Assembly (NCBI GenBank): GCA_964035545.1
Contig: OZ037771.1
Span: forward strand, 3,359,628 to 3,423,627
Source of the DNA: Bugula neritina
Lineage: Eukaryota; Animalia; Bryozoa
Direction: 5' to 3'
Length of the DNA stretch: 64,000 bases
Shown here: piece by piece, positions 61,268 through 64,000 of the stretch
Layout of the letters: each line of letters begins with the position of its first letter
Numbering within the stretch: the stretch's first letter is position 1
Notes under the pieces: generated by a model
What the model saw: the letters and a program-made list of their open reading frames with translations, nothing else
Databases searched by the model: none
Told to the model about the DNA's origin: nothing
Program-made: the position numbers and the translations under genes

Positions 61268-62728
61268 TTCCACTCAATAATGGCAGCACACACAACATAG
61301 CAGTGTGGGAAATGTATAGAAATATAGTATAGTTATTTCAAATGCGAGACGTAAAAGCGTTTAATGTTCAATTGATAAATTCTAAATACAATAGTAGTCT
61401 TAGAGTTTACCCTTCTTAGATAACATCTTTTTCTCGAGTACTTTATCTGCCCCGCTGACTTTCCCGGACTTGTCAGAATCTGATTGGCCATTGGTACAGC
61501 AGCTGGCTAGTAACATAAACACCCAAGTATATAATAACAATCGCTTGTCCTGTAACATGTTGAAGCACAGCTCAACCTGTTACTCTACCGATTCCATACT
61601 ACTGATAGAAATGCCCATAAAAATATTTCAAATATTTTTGAACATTTCATGCATTCTTGAAGTAAAACAAACAACTGTAGCACAAAGAACTTTTCTCTTA
61701 CTAAAAAAAGTGTTTTGTGCTTTCACTTATAAAATCAGAAGCAAACAATGTTGATAGTGATATGCATTAGTCATATACAATTTTATTTAAACATCAATTG
61801 GGTAATTGCGTCGCATCACAACTTTTATTAACATACACAACTTCATTCTTTACTTCAGAGAAAGCACAACTGTGGGTTGAGACACTTTGACCACATCAGT
61901 AATAATTATGATGTAGGTCTAATCTATAGAGCGTAAACAAGACCATATATTATATATTACATATACTATACATACACTCACACATGTATGCATGTATTTA
62001 TAAAACAGAAAATAATGCATTTAGAGGGTTTAAGTAAAGCATGCTAATAATAATAATGAGTGCTCTATTCACAAGTAACGGATATAATATATCGCCAGCA
62101 TACTGACACCATAACTTAGAAGTCTCCCTTCCCTTCAAACAACCAACAGAAGCTACGAGCTGCTCCGATATCACAAGTATATTATAATATAAGTGCTAGA
62201 GTTGAACTTGTAACCATGCAAAAACCTGACCCTATGGCTACACGCAAACTATAAACCTAATGAATTGACATAGATCACAGGCTATGCCATAAAAAAACAA
62301 TTAAATCTAGCAAGGGCTCTGCTTTAGTAAAAAACACATTTCAAATTTCATAGCTAGTAATCATTAGGTTTCAAACAAACAAATAATATTTTAACACTGA
62401 AGGACCTGAAAATAGATTATTTAATTGCAGCCAAAGAAAATGGTCACATTTCTTTCACCTTTCACCGCCGTGATCCTGCACGGGTGGCCAAAGATAATAT
62501 TTACTTTATATGTAATCAAATAGAAACATTAAAAATAAATTGCCAGCAAAATAATTTTGCTATCATTTATTGTTATAAAATATTTTGTGTTTATATCATT
62601 TATTTGCAAAACGACCACATTAACGAAAAATGCTAATATTTATTTACTAAATACAGCTCTTGTGAAACTTTCTTGTTAATTTGAAAACATTGATACACTT
62701 GAGCTTGACATTGTAGACACAGATAGTG

Positions 62729-63681
62729 TTAGAGTATTCCTCCATAACCTAGCACACATATAAGTATAACCATTATGGTGGTATATACAGAAGGGTGGGT
62801 AGTAGTTCCGTGTGAAAAGGCTTCGGCTAAATTAGAGTTGTTGAGGAAATTAAAGAAAGGTGTTGTGCCTTCCGTAACAGAGATTTTACTAGTGACAGAC
62901 ACTTGCTCTGTTGGCGCATTAGTGGATGGCTTAGATGTAGGGGGTTTGGTAGTAGGGGGTTGAGTGGTGGATTCAGTGGTGGCAGGGGGTTGAGTGGTGA
63001 GGGATTGAGTGGTGGATTGAGTGGTGATGAGTTGAGTGGTGATGGGTTGAGTGGTGAGGGGTTGAGTGGTGGATTTAGTGGTGGGGGATTGAGTGGTGGG
63101 GGATTTAGTGGTGGGGGATTGAGTGGTGATGGGTTGAGTGGTGAGGGGTTGAGTGGTGGGGGATTGAGTGGTGGGGGATTGAGTGGTGAGGGATTTAGTG
63201 GTGGGGGATTTAGTGGTGGGGGATTTAGTGGTGGGGGATTTAGTGGTGGGGGATTTAGTGGTGGGGGATTGAGTGGGGGATTTAGTGGTGGGGGATTGAG
63301 TGGTGGGGGATTGAGTGGTGATGGGTTGAGTGGTGGGGGATTGAGTGGTGGGGGATTTAGTGGTGGGGGATTGAGTGGTGGGGGATTGAGTGGTGAGGGA
63401 TTGAGTGGTGGGGGATTGAGTGGTGAGAGACTGAGTGGTAGAAGAATCAGCTACTGAAGATGGGGTCACACCTGCAGACTTGATGACTGTTGCAGCCATA
63501 TCTCTATCACCAGAAATGTTGGCTGATTTTTCCAACTTCATCATGGGAGTTGATGCAGTAGTTGATTCATTGTCAGGCATCATAGCTGAGGTGGTAGACT
63601 GCAGGTTAGCAATCAGCTGTTGTTCGTCCTCGGCTATATTCATTTCTGCGGCTTCATTCAGAGCTTCCTCCATCCCCTCAA
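62729..63681 (-). CDS. Terminal exon (mucin stalk plus GPI-type signal) of a tandem paralog of the RGM-like gene; the rest lies beyond the right edge
   Basis: Phase-1 exon starting VEGMEEALNEAAEMNIAEDEQQLIANL, versus VLDVEDALNEAVEQNIDEDAQATFGNL in the 49163-49560 terminal exon. Then (TTQSP/TTKSP)n and a hydrophobic end VYTTIMVILICVLGYGGIL*. Confidence 0.85.
62940..63440 (-). repeat. Coding 15-bp minisatellite (TTQSP/TTKSP/TTQPL units)
   Basis: gattgagtggtgggg-type units, about 30 copies. Confidence 0.95.
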
Positions 63682-64000
63682 CTTTATCAATAGACAAACA
63701 AACTCCCATAAAATTTGCTTAAAGTAAAATATTTTGTGAAGAGTTTTAATTGAAAAGTATTGGCGTTGATGTATAATACTATAATTATTGTAAATGGGAA
63801 CATTTTATTAGTGCCAGCATCTAAAATTGGTAAAGTTAAAAGATGATGAATGCACATAGATATGCACACCGTTAGTAGAATGAGGTCATTTATTAGCTAT
63901 TTCTTAAATGTTATTAAATTTCACAATATAATTTGTGCCAGTAGTGTAAAAGTAAACTATTAGCTGTTACTGAGACAGTAGTTAAAGATTAAAGTTTTAA

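Noticed and set aside
62903-63457. Gly-rich GGGLS/GGGFS ORF on the + strand
   Set aside because: Antisense shadow of the mucin exon, whose sense is supported by paralogy and its splice site.

Overview
AT-rich, intron-dense eukaryotic DNA from an invertebrate animal (compact lophotrochozoan-like organisation; the taxon is a guess). There are no prokaryotic features and no CRISPR. I assembled exons by hand using GT/GC-AG sites and reading-frame phase. Left to right: the first coding exon of a gene running off the left edge (-); a 248-aa uncharacterised, possibly ciliary protein (-); mitochondrial-type alanyl-tRNA synthetase AARS2 (+); V-ATPase c subunit ATP6V0C (-) head-to-head with an intronless MRPL52 (+); an orphan type-I membrane receptor with a Cys-rich ectodomain and a tail of about 20 tyrosine motifs, including a 21-bp repeat encoding YDDQQQA (-); ALKBH3 (+); a small 4-TM TMEM256/DUF423-like protein (+); DAW1 (-); a ~1,270-aa, ~23-exon secreted, GPI-type protein with an RGM/vWD-like GDPH autocleavage domain behind a large unassigned N-terminal region (-); and the last exon of a tandem paralog of that gene (-). 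Also present: tRNA-derived SINEs, two MITEs, long microsatellites and a 265-bp tandem duplication. The best candidates for new biology are the tandem giant RGM-like genes and the tyrosine-repeat orphan receptor.
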